DNA of 64,000 nucleotides, from NCBI RefSeq assembly GCF_006345805.1, contig NC_043018.1, positions 29,760,001 to 29,824,000 of the forward strand. The letters run 5' to 3'. Source of the stretch: Octopus sinensis (taxonomy: Eukaryota). The translations under genes were made by a program, and so were the position numbers. A model generated the notes under the pieces. That model made no database searches and was not told the DNA's origin. It was given only the letters and a program-made list of their open reading frames with translations. Shown here one piece after another: positions 27,306 to 40,809 of the stretch (the stretch's first letter is position 1; every line of letters starts with the position of its first letter).

Positions 27306-27515
27306 AAGGCGAGCTGGCAGAATCGTTAGCAGGCCGGACATAAGCTTAGCGGTATTTCGTCTGCCGAGGTCGGTTTTGCCATTCATCCTTTCGGGGTCGA
27401 TAAAGTACGTACCAGTTACGCACTGGGGTCGATATGATCGATTTAATCCATTTGTCTGTCTTTGTCCTGTCTGTGTTTAGCCCCTTGTGGGCAATAAAGA
27501 AATAGGTATTTCGTC
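27306..27515 (+). mobile_element. SINE family A, tail type 1, internally deleted
   Basis: aggcgagctggcagaatcgttagc...ccccttgtgggcaataaagaaata, followed by ggtatttcgtc. Confidence 0.85.
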
Positions 27516-28049
27516 CGCATTTATGACGTCACTGTGAATGCTATCGACGTAGTATTTGACTTTAATTCTTTCGGAGTCAAAAAAGTAGGTGTGCCCAAAT
27601 TTTAAAACATTTATGATGTTGCTCTTGTTGTTACTGTTATTAGAAAAGTTAATATATCAATTTAAAATTGTCTTTTTTTAAGTATGTCTATTTAAAAAGA
27701 ACTGTTTTCCTCGTTAACGAGATTTGATTCGGTTAATGGATATATTCAGGCACTCAGGTAATATCAGCCATACTTAATCACCCATTCTCTCTTTCATACA
27801 CACACACTTTCTCTTCTCTTCTCTCTCTCTCTCTCTCTCTTATTCATTCTTGTTATGATAGTAAATACGATAAAATTATCTTTATGAAGAACGCTTTGTT
27901 TCCCAGGTAGAATAATGGAAGCCATTTTTGGCACTACACATCATTATCTTTGTTGTCCCTATGAAGAAAAGATGGCGTATGTATATGCGTGCAGGAATGT
28001 GTGTGTGTATTTATGCATACATACACAGTTAGATATACATACATAAATG

Positions 28050-28087
<38 letters not shown>

Positions 28088-28384
28088 AATATATATATAT
28101 ATATGCCTATAATTACATATTCATAGATACACACACCCACATATATACATGTTCTTTCCTCTCTCTCTCTCTCTCTAACTCCTTATGCACGTGTGTGAGT
28201 GTGTGTGTGTGTTTGTGTTTGTACGCACCTCAATATGTATGCCTATGTAAATGTGTTCATATATATATAATTACGTCAAGAATATCAGATCTTAAAGAGA
28301 TGTTGCCATCCAAGTTCCCCGGTTATATTCAGTGTTTCAGGGAAAAACCAAAGATAGTAGCTTCCCATAGATTGATATGTGTAT

Positions 28385-28470
28385 ATAAATCCTGGGGTCG
28401 ATTTGCTCGACTAAAGGTGGTGCTCCAGCATGGCTACAGTCAAATGACTGAAACAAGTAAAAGAGTACAA
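28385..28470 (+). mobile_element. SINE family B, 3' fragment
   Basis: tcctggggtcgatttgctcgactaaaggtggtgctccagcatgg...gaaacaagtaaaagag. Confidence 0.8.
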
Positions 28471-28674
28471 GCATATAGTTTCAGAAATTCTGAATTATCT
28501 TTGAAATGAAAAAAAAATCTCAGTTAGATCTGGTCTTTAACATACAACCCCAAAATCCGATAAAATTACTTAAATTATATCAGTGCATCCTAAACCTTAT
28601 AATCCGGATAGCGTTTGTTATGATTGCAGTATCTCTGAAATATTAGTCTCATATTTGTCACAAACATATACAGG

Positions 28675-28780
28675 AGAGAGGGTAAGTCGATTACAACGAC
28701 CCTAATACATAACTAGTACTTATATTATGAACAGCAAAATTATGAAAGGCAAAGTCGAATTCAGCGGAATTTGATTCCTG
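28675..28780 (-). mobile_element. Degenerate SINE family A core
   Basis: aagtcgattacaacgaccc...atgaaaggcaaagtcgaattcagcggaatttg. Confidence 0.6.
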
Positions 28781-29365
28781 GAATATTAACATATTTTTAC
28801 ATAGTTATTTTATATTAATTCCTTTAAGAGGAACTATCACTCCGGATGGTATAAAACCTCTTTTTAACGAAAAGACGAATACTTTTAGACGAATACTTTT
28901 TCCGATTTTCTAATGTTTGACGTGTATTTATTTATATAAATCAGTCTGGAAGTTTGAAGTATATTTCTTATATTTTATAATTTTGTACACATGGCATAGA
29001 CATTTCTCATAGTTTTCAAGCAAATTCACACAGCATTTTTTTAACAATTTCTCTTTCTATAGTTTTTTTAGTAACAATCATTATAGCTTGCTTCCATTAA
29101 TTGTTCGTGAAAGCATTGCGATATTACTTTCTGAAAATTCTGTTTTCAACACCTCTTCAGAACTAAAAACTAATTGCTACTGTAAATTGAATTTTTGGTG
29201 ACAGAATTTCAGCATACGTATCACCGAACGTCGAAGGACCTGGCACACGCTTTAAACAAGTATACAGTTTTCTCCAGTTTACTTTCATCATCTATTCACT
29301 CGATTTATTTTACACACACGTACACCCGCGCATATATATACAATACCTATTTAATGATATGTCAT

Positions 29366-29423
<58 letters not shown>

Positions 29424-29640
29424 GTGTGTGTGTGTGTATGTATGTATACTCCGATTTAAAGCGACATTTAAATCGGAGTATATGTATTATTATGATATAT
29501 ATTACATATTTATATAGTTATTATTGTATGTATGTATATATATATATATATTATATATATATATAATGACATATCATTAAATAGTTATTGTATAAAAAAT
29601 ACTTTCATAGTCCCTCTTTCTCCGAAACTTAAAATGCCTT

Positions 29641-29734
<94 letters not shown>

Positions 29735-29899
29735 CTGGTCAATTGCGTGACCACATAGTTTGAATTAAATATGAGTCACTGATGGTTATTTTAATCTAAT
29801 ACTGCGTTTGTTGCACTTAACAGATAGTCTTCTGACTCTGCCGCATCATTATCGAATATAGCAATAAATTAACCAAGCAAATTTGTATCATATATATAT

Positions 29900-30270
29900 A
29901 TATACAAAAAATGAAACAAGAACGCAACAGACGACAATAGAAAATCCGGACAGATAGATGGTGCGAAGACGGATTGGAAAGTGTCATTCGCAGCCTCCTC
30001 TCATCAGTCAAGAGCATTAAATTTTGTGGGGTAGAAAGCAAGCGAATGTGTACATTACTAAAGACAAAAAGAAGGGGAACATGTTACAGAATTACAATTA
30101 CAAACAACAAGAAAATAACGACAGGTGTCTTTCGACTAATACAGACGAATGAACTTGAGTTGGCGTTTGTAGAGTTAAACCCGTGAGGCAGGAACATAAA
30201 AGATGAACATAAGAGATGCTTCACGATCGGCTGTCGAACCAAGAAGGAGGATCATGCCTGGCCGACATGA
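29900..30270 (-). mobile_element. Third copy of the (TA)n-adjacent repeat plus a Penelope-like remnant
   Basis: aacaagaacgcaa...atccggacag...cattcgcagcctcctctcatcagtcaag; the minus strand reads CTGATGA at about 30000-30006. Confidence 0.4.
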
Positions 30271-30313
30271 ATATATACATACATATAAATATATATATAT
30301 GTATGTATGTATG

Positions 30314-30400
<87 letters not shown>

Positions 30401-30438
30401 TGTGTGTGTGTGTGTGTGTGTATATGTATATATATATG

Positions 30439-30560
30439 GACTGCTCACTTAGCCAGCGGGGTAGCGTCATTCGAAGGCTAAAACTTTGTGACCAGCGATG
30501 TGTAACTACATCTGATGGACTGGTCGGTCACGTGATCACGTAATCACGTGATCACGTGAT
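30439..30560 (+). mobile_element. SINE family D, 3' tail
   Basis: ctgctcacttagccagcgggg...tgtgaccagcgatgtg...catctgatgg...gtcacgtgatcacg; matches 55640-55738. Confidence 0.75.
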
Positions 30561-30818
30561 ATATATATATATTGCTGTATGTTAAACGCCAAGGCGGTTT
30601 TTTTAAGACGATGAGTTTTATAGTAAGCTTGTTTGACTTCTGTCCAATGTTACCGTTTCTTTCTTGGCTACTTAGAGTGTAAAGTACAATATTGATAATA
30701 ATGGGAATGAAGAATTGGAACATTCAACTTTATTTCCCATTAGTTTATTCGTAATAATTATCCGACACGTGTTTCGATCGTATTAACTGCATATAGCTGC
30801 AAATATATATATATATAT

Positions 30819-30873
<55 letters not shown>

Positions 30874-30896
30874 TAGATAGATAGATAGATAGATAT

Positions 30897-30976
<80 letters not shown>

Positions 30977-31079
30977 TATATATAATATATATTATACATA
31001 TAATATATATATATGTAGATATATATATCTATATATATTATATACATAATACATATATTATATTTATATTATAAACATT

Positions 31080-31490
31080 AGCTTCAAGGTTCATCCGAGA
31101 CTTGGACCACGTGCTATACGTCCCCTGCCAAATTCAAGATCACAACATACATGTACACTGCAACATAATTTCTTTTCCTCAACAGGCCCTGCCCTATTTA
31201 ACATTGTCCCGAGGGAGATCAAAGAGGAAAAGGATCCCATCAACTTCAAACTGAGTCTGGATAGATTCCTTCAAAGAATACCAGATAAGCCACCCATAAT
31301 TGGATACAACTCACCCAACAAGAACTCACTACTTGAACAAAACTGGATACAACTCACCCAACAAGAACTCACTACTTGAACAAAACTTGACTTAAACAGG
31401 ATTCGAATAATCCTATCAGGTGGTGCTATTAAGTTAGACATGGCCTGGACCAATCTCTGGTCGAAACCTATCTAAGTTTTATCTAAGTTT
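31080..31490 (+). mobile_element. CR1-like LINE 3' end
   Basis: GPALFNIVPREIKEEKDPINFKLSLDRFLQRIPDKPPIIGYNSPNKNSLLE; short tandem tail (tatctaagttt)x2; internal 43-bp tandem duplication at 31301-31386. Confidence 0.7.
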
Positions 31491-31749
31491 TATATATATT
31501 ATATATATATATCATATATATATTATGTATATATTATATATATATATATATGTATATAATATATATATTATATATAATATATATATATATATATACATGA
31601 TTGCTAAGTTATTTTATTGTTATGTTTGATAATAGAGATGCAAGGTAAGAGGACTATCTATTATGTACAACAAACGCAGGATTAGATTAAAATAACCATC
31701 AGTGACTCATATTTAATACAAATTACATAATCACGGGATTGACCAGACT

Positions 31750-32021
31750 ATCGGATGTTGTTATACATTGCTAGTCACAATGCGCTTTGTACCGTTTTAG
31801 CTTCCGAATGAAGCCATACCATTGCCAATGTGATCCGGAAAACACTGTCCCTGATCGGAAGGTTAATCCATGACGGTGATATCCGTTTGCAGCTGAGTGG
31901 ACGGGAGCAACGTGAAATGAAGTGTTTTGCTCCAGAATACGACGCACCATGGGTCCAGGAATCGAACCCATGACCTGGCGATCGTGAATGCAACACCCTT
32001 ATCACTAGGTCATTGGCCGTC
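31750..32021 (-). mobile_element. tRNA-head, CORE-like SINE with family D tail
   Basis: Minus strand: gacctagtgataagggtgttgcattcacgatcgccaggtcatgggttcgattcctgg...gagcaaaacacttcatttcacgttgctcccgtccactcagctg, tail agcgcattgtgactagcaatgtataacaacatccga. Confidence 0.7.
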
Positions 32022-32059
32022 ACTTAATGAAAATACATCGTGAAAATAGCAAATGTAAC

Positions 32060-32278
32060 TGCAATATATATCCGGATGGAAGGCGGCGAGATGGCAGAAT
32101 TCTTAGCATCCCGGTCGAAATGCTTACCGGCATTTCTTCCGGCTTTGCATCCGACGAGGTCGACTTCCCCTTGGATCTATTGGGTGTTGGTAAAATAAGC
32201 ATCAGTTCAACACTAGGGTCGATGTAATCAACTTCCTCCCTCCTCGAAATTGCTAGATTTACTCTAAAATTTGAAACC
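32060..32278 (+). mobile_element. Old SINE family A, tail type 3
   Basis: aggcggcgagatggcagaattcttagc...gggtcgatgtaatcaact...aaatttgaaacc. Confidence 0.7.
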
Positions 32279-32289
32279 AATATTCGCCC

Positions 32290-33042
32290 AGATTAAGGCA
32301 GCGAGCTGGCAAAAACGTTAGCACACCGGGAGAAAATGTTTAGCGGTATTTCGTCTGTCTTTGCGTTCTCAGTTCAAATTCCGCTGAGATCGACTTTGCT
32401 TTTCATCCTTTCGGGGTCGATAAATTAAGAACCAGTTACGCAGTGGGGTCGATGTAATCGACTTAATCCGTGTGTCTGTCCTTGTTTGTGACCTCTGTGT
32501 TTAGCCTCTTGTGGGCAGTAAAGAAATAGGTATTTCGTCTGTCTTTACGTTTTGAGTTCAAATTCCGCTGAGATCGACTTTGCCTTTCATCCTTTCGGGG
32601 ACGATAAATTAAGTACCAGTTACGCACTGGGGTCGATGTAATCGACTTAATCCGTGTGTCTGTCCTTGTTTGTCCTCTCTGTGTTTAGCCCCTTGTGGGC
32701 AGTAAAGAAATAGGTATTTCGTTTGTCTTTACGTTTTGAGTTCAAATTCCGCTGAGATCGACTTTGCCTTTCATCCTTTCGGGGTCGATAAATTAAGTAC
32801 CAGTTACGCACTGGGGTCGATGTAATCGACTTAATCCGTTTGTCTGTCCTTGTTTGTCCTCTCTATGTTTAGCCCCTTGTGGGTAGTAAAGAAATAGGTA
32901 TTTCGTCTGTCTTTACGTTTTGAGTTTAAATTCCGCTGAGATCGACTTTGCTTTCATCCTTTCGGGGTCGATAAATTAAGTACCAGTCTAATCGACTGGC
33001 CCCTCCCCCAAAATTTCGGGCCCTGTGCCTAGGGTAGAAAAG
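32290..33042 (+). mobile_element. SINE family A concatemer: one head, three 184-bp tail-1 units, one tail-2 unit, single TSD
   Basis: ggtatttcg recurs at 32345, 32529, 32713 and 32897; TSD aatattcgccc at 32279-32289 and 33043-33053. Confidence 0.9.
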
Positions 33043-33323
33043 AATATTCGCCCGGGTGTAATATCTATTATGGACATGCGTTGTATTTAAAAACAAAAAT
33101 ATACGGGTACCAGGAGGATTCTAGATGAATATTTCTACCCTTTTGGGTCTTGGCCAGAAGAATGTACACGCTGGCAACCATGCTGTGAGACAAAGTCCAC
33201 CGGAAGAAAAACACTTGTGTTGCAATTAACGGCCCGGCTAATTACAACTCAAACACTATTAGATTACTCGTATACTTTGGATTTCAAACGTTCTTTCCAA
33301 GTTTCTTTAAATTGTTGTTTATT

Positions 33324-33363
<40 letters not shown>

Positions 33364-33831
33364 ACCTCCACTTATATACACATATATTCGTGTGTATTCG
33401 TGTTGAGTGTACACAAACGCACACGCACACATACACACACACACACACACACATATATATATGTATAGATGAACTTTTGCTTATATATGCATATATACAT
33501 ACTCCTATGTGTCTATGTATATATATATATATATATATACATACACACACATACCCACACGCACATATATAGCTGTATATGTGTATGTGGTGTTTATTTC
33601 CATATATCTATTTATATCTATTTTTCTCTCTCTCTCGTCTCTCTACATATCGTACATGTATAATATATAGTACAATATAATACACAGACACACACACACA
33701 CATATATATGTATGTCTCTATGTATATATATATATACATAGAGACATACATATATATATGTGTGTGTGTATGTATATATATATATGTATGTATATATATA
33801 TATAGGTATATATATATATTATATATATATA

Positions 33832-33887
<56 letters not shown>

Positions 33888-34465
33888 TTGATAGCTAGTG
33901 AAAGTGACATATGCTAATAGCGTTTTTGCATTCTAAATAAAATTTCCTTTTCAATATTTTTTGTTATTTTTTTTTTGCATTCGCTTTAGTAGTTTCTTTT
34001 TTTTTTTTGACAGATTGTTCTAGTCATATGTTGTGGATGGCTTCCGTTAGCGTTTGCAATTCCGCTAAGGATACTGAACTAAATAATGAAGGTATATAGT
34101 ACACCAGGGGGATTTCAGAGAAAGACATTCATATTAACACTATGAGATATATAGCTGAGCAATATTTACAAGATTATAACAACATAATGTACATTGGACA
34201 CTTTTTTTTTAATCTTTGGATTTTAAAAAAAATTTTATATTTTCAGAAAAATCTACAAATTTCATTTTGACACAATATATTGGGTATGGAAAACCTTTAA
34301 CACAAATATGCAAGGCAGAAACAAGAACTTGAAATACGTTGAGAATACTTTAAAATATTGAGTTGTTAGATAAGCTCATTTGTTTTTTATCGTAGTGTTT
34401 AATGTTCTTTTCTGGTTTTGTTTTCTTTTGAAGCTGTATTCTTCCGCTACGGCTTTACTTTTTGC

Positions 34466-34680
34466 ATTTACTTTTTACTTGTTTCAGCCATGTGACTGTA
34501 GCCATGCTGGAGCACCGCCTTTAGTCGAGTAAATTGACCCCAGGACTTATTCTTTGTAAGCCTAATACTTATTCTATCGGGTTATTTTGCCGAACCGCTA
34601 GGTGACGGGGACGTAAACACACCAGCATCAGTTGTCAAGCGATGTTGGGGGGACAAACGCAGACACCCAAACATATATAC

Positions 34681-34721
<41 letters not shown>

Positions 34722-34803
34722 TACGACGGGCTTCTTTCAGTTTCCGTCTAGCAAATCCACTCACAAGGCTTTGGTCGGCCCGAGGCTATAGTAAAAGACA
34801 CTT
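34466..34803 (-). mobile_element. SINE family B, 5'-truncated
   Basis: Tail, core and internal (TA)n match the other copies. Confidence 0.85.
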
Positions 34804-35039
34804 GTTTGGTTATTTTTTTAAAATTTAGATCAATATTATTTTCAGATAAGCATTTCCAACATCTGTTTCCCTTTTCGCTTTCAATCAAGTTTTCAGAGCT
34901 GACAAACACTTCTAGACACTTGTACTGTGCAATACTCTGCGAATGCCCTATTACTGAAAGGACAACATAGGGAAGATTTTCGCACCTCAAGGAGAGAAAA
35001 TTCGACCTCTTAGATTCTCCGTGTTCTTAAAACTTTCTT

Positions 35040-35500
35040 CAGTTCAATGAAAATCAAGTAATCGAGGTTATCCACGAGGATACGCACCAACCCGCCAGAG
35101 TATCAATCAAGCAAATGGGATGTTTTCATGATACAGTCCCTCGTCACATTCATCAGATAGGAAAGGTCCAAAACCTCGACACAACACTACGGCACGCTTC
35201 TGCAACATGACATTCCCTGCACCCACTTCCCTGATTTTACCAAAGATGTTATCGAAGAGATTGATTGGGAAATTCAGCCCTACCCACCACATTCTCTTAA
35301 AATATCTCCTTCAGGTTATAAAATTCTTCAGGCTTTTTAAGATATCTTATTGAAAAACATTGTGTTTTTATTTTTGCGCATTTAGAAAATATATCCCCAA
35401 AAGGCTTAGAAAGGCTTTACTTTGTTAGAAATTTCATCGAAACGGAAATGGAGGTACCTCCATACCCACAGTTTACACAGGTAGAGTATAATAGTTAGTG
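35040..35500 (+). pseudogene. Degenerate mariner transposase fragments
   Basis: FNENQVIEVIHEDTHQPARVSIKQMGCFHDTVPRHIHQIGKVQNL (HTH region) and LLQHDIPCTHFPDFTKDVIEEIDWEIQPYPPHSLKISPSGYKI (LHDNA...HPPYSPDLAPSDY). Confidence 0.7.
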
Positions 35501-36103
35501 GACTGTTAGGTAGATAAATGTATGTTAGTGTGTGTGGGGGTGTGAGTATGTGTGTATGCCTCCCTTTTTTATATATGTAAGCATGAAAATAAACAGATCA
35601 ACATACAGATGGATAGGTATATAGGCTATATGAACAGACACATGGAGACACGCAGCCACACATATATAGATGCACATACATACATATATACATATGCATA
35701 CACATATATATATACATACATACATATACAAACACACACATACATACGTACGTACATGCATGCATGTATAGGCACACGCACACACACTGACCCACACACA
35801 TGCGCACAAACAGACAAAAGGGAACGCAGTGTAAATAACGGACAGAGTCAAGACTATTGAAAAGGTTGCAAGACGCAATGAAATTTTAGGAAAATAAAAA
35901 TAAGAAAAAAGTGGAAATTTTACCGCTGAGTGTGTTATATTATAAGACACAAAAAGAAAATGACTCTCCCCAGACACTACAAAATATGCTTCAACACACG
36001 AACTCATATAAAGAATCTTGCAAACCAAGTTCAAAGAATTATTTATCGAGAAATGTTGAGTATACAACGATTTCTTGTAATAACTAAATTCTTCAATAAT
36101 CTT

Positions 36104-36433
36104 TACTCTTTTACTCTTTTACTTGTTTCAGTCATTTGACTGTAGCCATGCTGGAGCACCGAGACTTATTCTTTTGTAAGCCTAGTATTTAATCTATCAA
36201 TCTCTTTTGCCGAACCGCTAAGTAACGGGTGACATAAACACACCTGCATCGGTTGTCAAGCAATGCTAGGGGGGTCAAACTAAAACACACAAACACACAC
36301 ACGCATATATATACGACGGGCTTCTTTCAGTTTCCGTCTACCAAATCCACTCACAAGGCTTTGGTCGGCCCGAGTCTATAGTAGAAGACACTTGCCCAAA
36401 CAAGCTACTTACCACACAGCCACTCCTGCGCCT
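36104..36433 (-). mobile_element. SINE family B with internal deletions
   Basis: ttttactcttttacttgtttcagtcatttgactg...acacagccactcctgcgcct. Confidence 0.85.
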
Positions 36434-36994
36434 ATTATTATATTATAAGATTATTTGCCTATTAGACAGTTTTTACGTTCAATTCTTATGACAACATTGC
36501 TTATTGGTATTTAAGTCTGACCTTATAGCGAAAGGTTAAATACAGTCATATTGTTACTAATAGTACTTTTAAAACACTTTTCAGGCATCAATAAATTATA
36601 TTGTGATGGTTTTAATAAATTGACGTCAGGGGTTTAATTTCATATAATGAATTATAAATTAACAAGCTTTAATACCAAAGTCTCTTGATGTTTATGAGCA
36701 CTGTTTAGAATATATTTGAATATTCTCTAATGCTTCAAATTTACAATAAGTTTTTATTTTGTTAATGTTATTTTGTATAGAATATCTCTACAATATATTA
36801 ACAAAATTATGTAAAAAGCACTGCTAATGCAGTAGAACGGATTATTGACTTATAAAACATTTAATACACTTTATTGGCTGCATAACGAAATAACACGTAA
36901 CTACAAGTCATTAGTAACTTCTTAGTTGTGTGAAATTGCGGTAACGTGAAACACGGAGACTGGATGCTGTAAAAGGTCAAATTTTAGACATCGT

Positions 36995-37031
<37 letters not shown>

Positions 37032-37101
37032 GTCTGAGATTCGAACCCGCGATCCCTCGACCGCGAGTCTGCTCTCTAACCACTAGGTTATGTGCCTCCA
37101 C
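37032..37101 (-). mobile_element. Isolated tRNA-like SINE head (family D)
   Basis: Minus strand: ggaggcacataacctagtggttagagagcagactcgcggtcgagggatcgcgggttcgaatctcagac; matches the head at 55447. Confidence 0.7.
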
Positions 37102-38333
37102 GCATACATATATGCATACATACATATATGGGTTTGTCCCTTAACGTATTTATTACACACAAAAACCTATTGACACACATGCACACCCACACACACACAC
37201 AAATATGCATTACAATACGATGCACTTTATTAACGAACGGCTTGTATTCTACAGAGGGGAAAGCCATATAAACTTCAGATAAATGCATGTTTGTGTGTGT
37301 GTTTATGTGTGTGTGTGTGTGCGTTTTATCTGTGTATCTGTTTGTGTATCTCTGTACGTGTTTGTGTGTATGTTTCTGTATGTATCCTGAATGTTCGTGC
37401 GTATTCGCGCATGCGTAGATATCTGTATATATTTGTGCATATACAGGTCTGGGGGAATCTTTCATAATGACATATACATAATTGACTCTTCCTCCGAAAC
37501 ACTCGACAGTGAACGAGATATTCTATACGAGCATAACAAATCTTCTATTACACTTCTCAAATACACAAGAGCGAATTTAAACGTAGGAAACCATGTGATA
37601 TCCATCAGACATTCTGTTGGTGTAGATCAAATTTTATTATTATTTCTTCCCATTTAGTCAACATCGTTTGTATAAACGGTAATAAATCTTCAGCTTGTAG
37701 TCTTTTAGATTCATAATCTGGTGGAATGCCGACCAAAGACAATCGATAGTAAAACCCAGCAAAACAAAAATAATAAATCACCCAACAAAACCTAGGATTA
37801 TTAAGTCATAAACACAGCTTCATCTCCAAGTACAAACTTAGCAGCCTTCGAGGTGTAACATTTCAGAATGGTTGCTTATTTTTGACTTTTACAATTTAAC
37901 TGTTGTTGCATCGAACACTGATAGCCAACGAATCTATATTGCTTAGATTCTCTTTTTCTTATACTTTTATCTTTTTTCGCTTTTGTTTTTGCATCAAGAC
38001 AGGCAAAGAGATAAATACTAACGTTCAAAGGTTAAATTTGAGGAGCGCCATATTTCTATATATATCAGTGAAGAATCTGAAATAAAACGTGTTAACGCTC
38101 TGTAAACTCAGCTACTAAAAAAATACCATGAAACAAGTAAACTTAAGTTAGACTGACATAAATTTATTCCAATTTTTTTAAAAATTTCTTTCTATATTAA
38201 AACTCATTTTCTATCAGTGAAACAATATTTCATTAGACGCCATTTTGTTCGAATCTAAATATTGTTTGTGAAATAATGAATAAATATAATGTGTGCGTGT
38301 GAGTGTATGCGAGTATGAGTGTGTGTGCGTGTA

Positions 38334-38368
<35 letters not shown>

Positions 38369-38794
38369 GAGGGGAAACTTCTATGTGTGTGTATGTGTCC
38401 ATGTGTGTGTTTGTGCGTGTGTCTATGTTTTTAACAAGTAGCTGCCACTGTGAAGCATTTCATCCCATTGAACCAGGAATCTCTGACCTTGATTCGCTTT
38501 GGTAGATTCTCAGTTACATGACGTGCGTCTCGACCAATAACAGCAACACAGTTGAATAGCCTTTGTCCTCTCTCGGGGTGTAGGCATCTTCCCAATATAC
38601 ATCCACTATGATCTAAAGTTCAGCAGCATCATAGCAGTGGCTAGCAAAGCCAAGTCTGCGTAGAGTAAAAACAGGAGAAATGAAACAATACGTCCACAAA
38701 ATCTTATATTTTGGGCTTGTCCTCGTGGCACGAGATATTTTGAGTCCTCGCTAAAAATTTGTTGTATATACAATGAAGATGGTGCTGAGGCCCC

Positions 38795-39395
38795 TTAAGG
38801 CAGCGAGCTGGTAGAATTGTTATCACGCTGGGAGAAAATAATTAGTGGTAGGTCGACTTTGCCTTTTATCCTTTCGGGGTCGATAAATTACGTACCAGTT
38901 ACGCACTGGGGCCGATGTAATCGCCTTAATACCTATGTCTGTCCTTGTTTGTTCCCTCTATGTTTAGCCCCTTGTGGGTAATAAAGAAATAGGTATTTCG
39001 TCAGGCGGCGAGCTGGCAGAAACCTTAGCACGCCGGGCAAAATGCGTAGCCGTATTTCGTCTGCCGTTACGTTCTGAGTTCAAATTCCACCAAGGTCGAC
39101 TTTGCCTTTCATCCTGTCGGGGTCGATAAATTAAGTACCAGTTACGAACTGGGGTCGATGTAATCGACTTAATCCCTTTGTATGTCCTTGTTTGTCCTTT
39201 CTGTGTTTAGCCCCTTGTGGGTAGTAAAGAAATAGGTATTTCGTCAGTCTGTATGTTCTGAACTCAACTTCCGCCAAGATGGACAATTTTCTTTCATCCC
39301 TTCGAGGTACATAAAAAGAGTACGAGTTGAGAACTGGGGATGATGTAATCAATTTACCCTTCCACCAAAATTGCTGGACTTACGCCAAGTGAAAC
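38795..39395 (+). mobile_element. Nested cluster of three SINE family A units
   Basis: Tail-1 copy (38795-38991), full tail-1 copy (39005-39234) flanked by direct repeat ggtatttcgtcag (38992-39004 and 39235-39247), then an old tail-3 body. Confidence 0.88.
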
Positions 39396-39675
39396 CGATA
39401 CAGAAATTTCCTTTTTGAAGTCCAGGTTTCAACTTCACAAAGATGAATGCTTCCTTCACACACCCGGAAGAAAGCAGTCATCTTTGTTGATTCTCAATCA
39501 CTTAATTGCCAAATGATTAGGAACTAGTGGAAATCCAGACTTGTAACTTGTATCTCAGAAAGTCTTTTTTCCTGTCAGCAACTTAAAGTCCCTAAGCTTC
39601 TACAGTTATATGCCGTCTTTTTATAAATTTGCAGGTGGTTTTCAACAATCGCAAAGAGAAGAGAAATAAGAAAGG

Positions 39676-39751
<76 letters not shown>

Positions 39752-40357
39752 GAGAGAGGTGGGTGACGATGAAACGGCTTAGAGACCTACCTATATATTT
39801 CAGTATAGTATATTAACTTACCGCAAGAAATATCACAAGAAATTCTATGTTTCTTGATCGCAAAAGAATTAACGATGAACTGCATTCTTTTGTTATATTA
39901 TCTGAGTTTAATTTAAAACATTGTGGTAACTTCATGACAGTTACATTCGATTAGAGACAGTTATTTGAGGTTTATACCAGACTGAAGCTCGCGGGAAGCC
40001 GTGCGTTTCCTCGGGGCACTTGCTGTTATAGCACCCTCGTTTGAAAATTCTCCAAATATATTGTCAACCGTCTTCTCACATAAAAAAGAAATAATCTGCA
40101 ATGTTGTCTTTTAACGTTATAGGATTTTCAAAGGAATATTTCAAAGAAACAGAAAGCCTTTGCTTCTGTTTACTTTGGCACTGAATACACATCCATATCT
40201 TTTACAAAGTCGAACAGTTCTATTGTAGAATCTACAACAGCATTATAGATAAATGGTAATCCATTAATTCTTTGTTGACCATCCTGTGATCATCCTTGAG
40301 CATATCTCTATTTATATTTCTGGATAACGCTTGGATTTAACAATTTTTCAGCTTAAT

Positions 40358-40767
40358 ATTCTTTTGTACTCTAGGCACAAGGCCCGAAATTTGGGAGAAG
40401 AGACCATTCGGTTAGATCGACCTTTTGTGTGCAACTGGTACTTAATTTATCGGCCCCGAAAGGATGAAAGGCAAAGTCGACCTCGGCGGAATTTGAACTC
40501 AAAACGTAAAGACAAAGGAAATAAGTATTTCGCCCGGCGTGCTAACGTTCTTTATTTCTTTATTGCCCACAAGGGGCTAAAAACATAGAGGGGACAAACA
40601 AAGGCAGACAACGGGATTAAGTTTGTTATATCGACCCCAGTGTTTCAGTGGTACTTAATTTATCGACCCCGAAAGGGTGAAAAGTAAAATCGACCTCGGC
40701 GATTTTTTGAACTCAGAATGTAAAGACTGATGAAATACCACAAATCATTTTAAACTTGCTGCCTTAC
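40358..40767 (-). mobile_element. Composite SINE family A (tail-1 unit plus tail-2 unit)
   Basis: Two A cores in tandem; flanking direct repeat ttttcagc(t/c)taatatt at about 40345 and 40769. Confidence 0.8.
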
Positions 40768-40809
40768 ATTTTCAGCCTAATATTCTGTTCTACTCTAGGC
40801 ACAATGGAT

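Noticed and set aside
28850-29200. CR1 RT remnant on the minus strand (CVNLLENYEK...)
   Set aside because: Too degenerate to distinguish from chance.
32345-33042. 184-bp periodic array as CRISPR-like
   Set aside because: Units are whole SINE bodies with no unique spacers, in a eukaryotic context without cas genes.
37032-37101. tRNA gene
   Set aside because: A and B boxes are present but there is no complete cloverleaf, and the sequence matches the SINE D head; the same applies to the other SINE heads.
39635-39690. Homeobox-like exon (cag|GTGGTTTTCAACAATCGC, VVFNNR)
   Set aside because: It lacks the invariant W of WFxNRR and runs into (TA)n.
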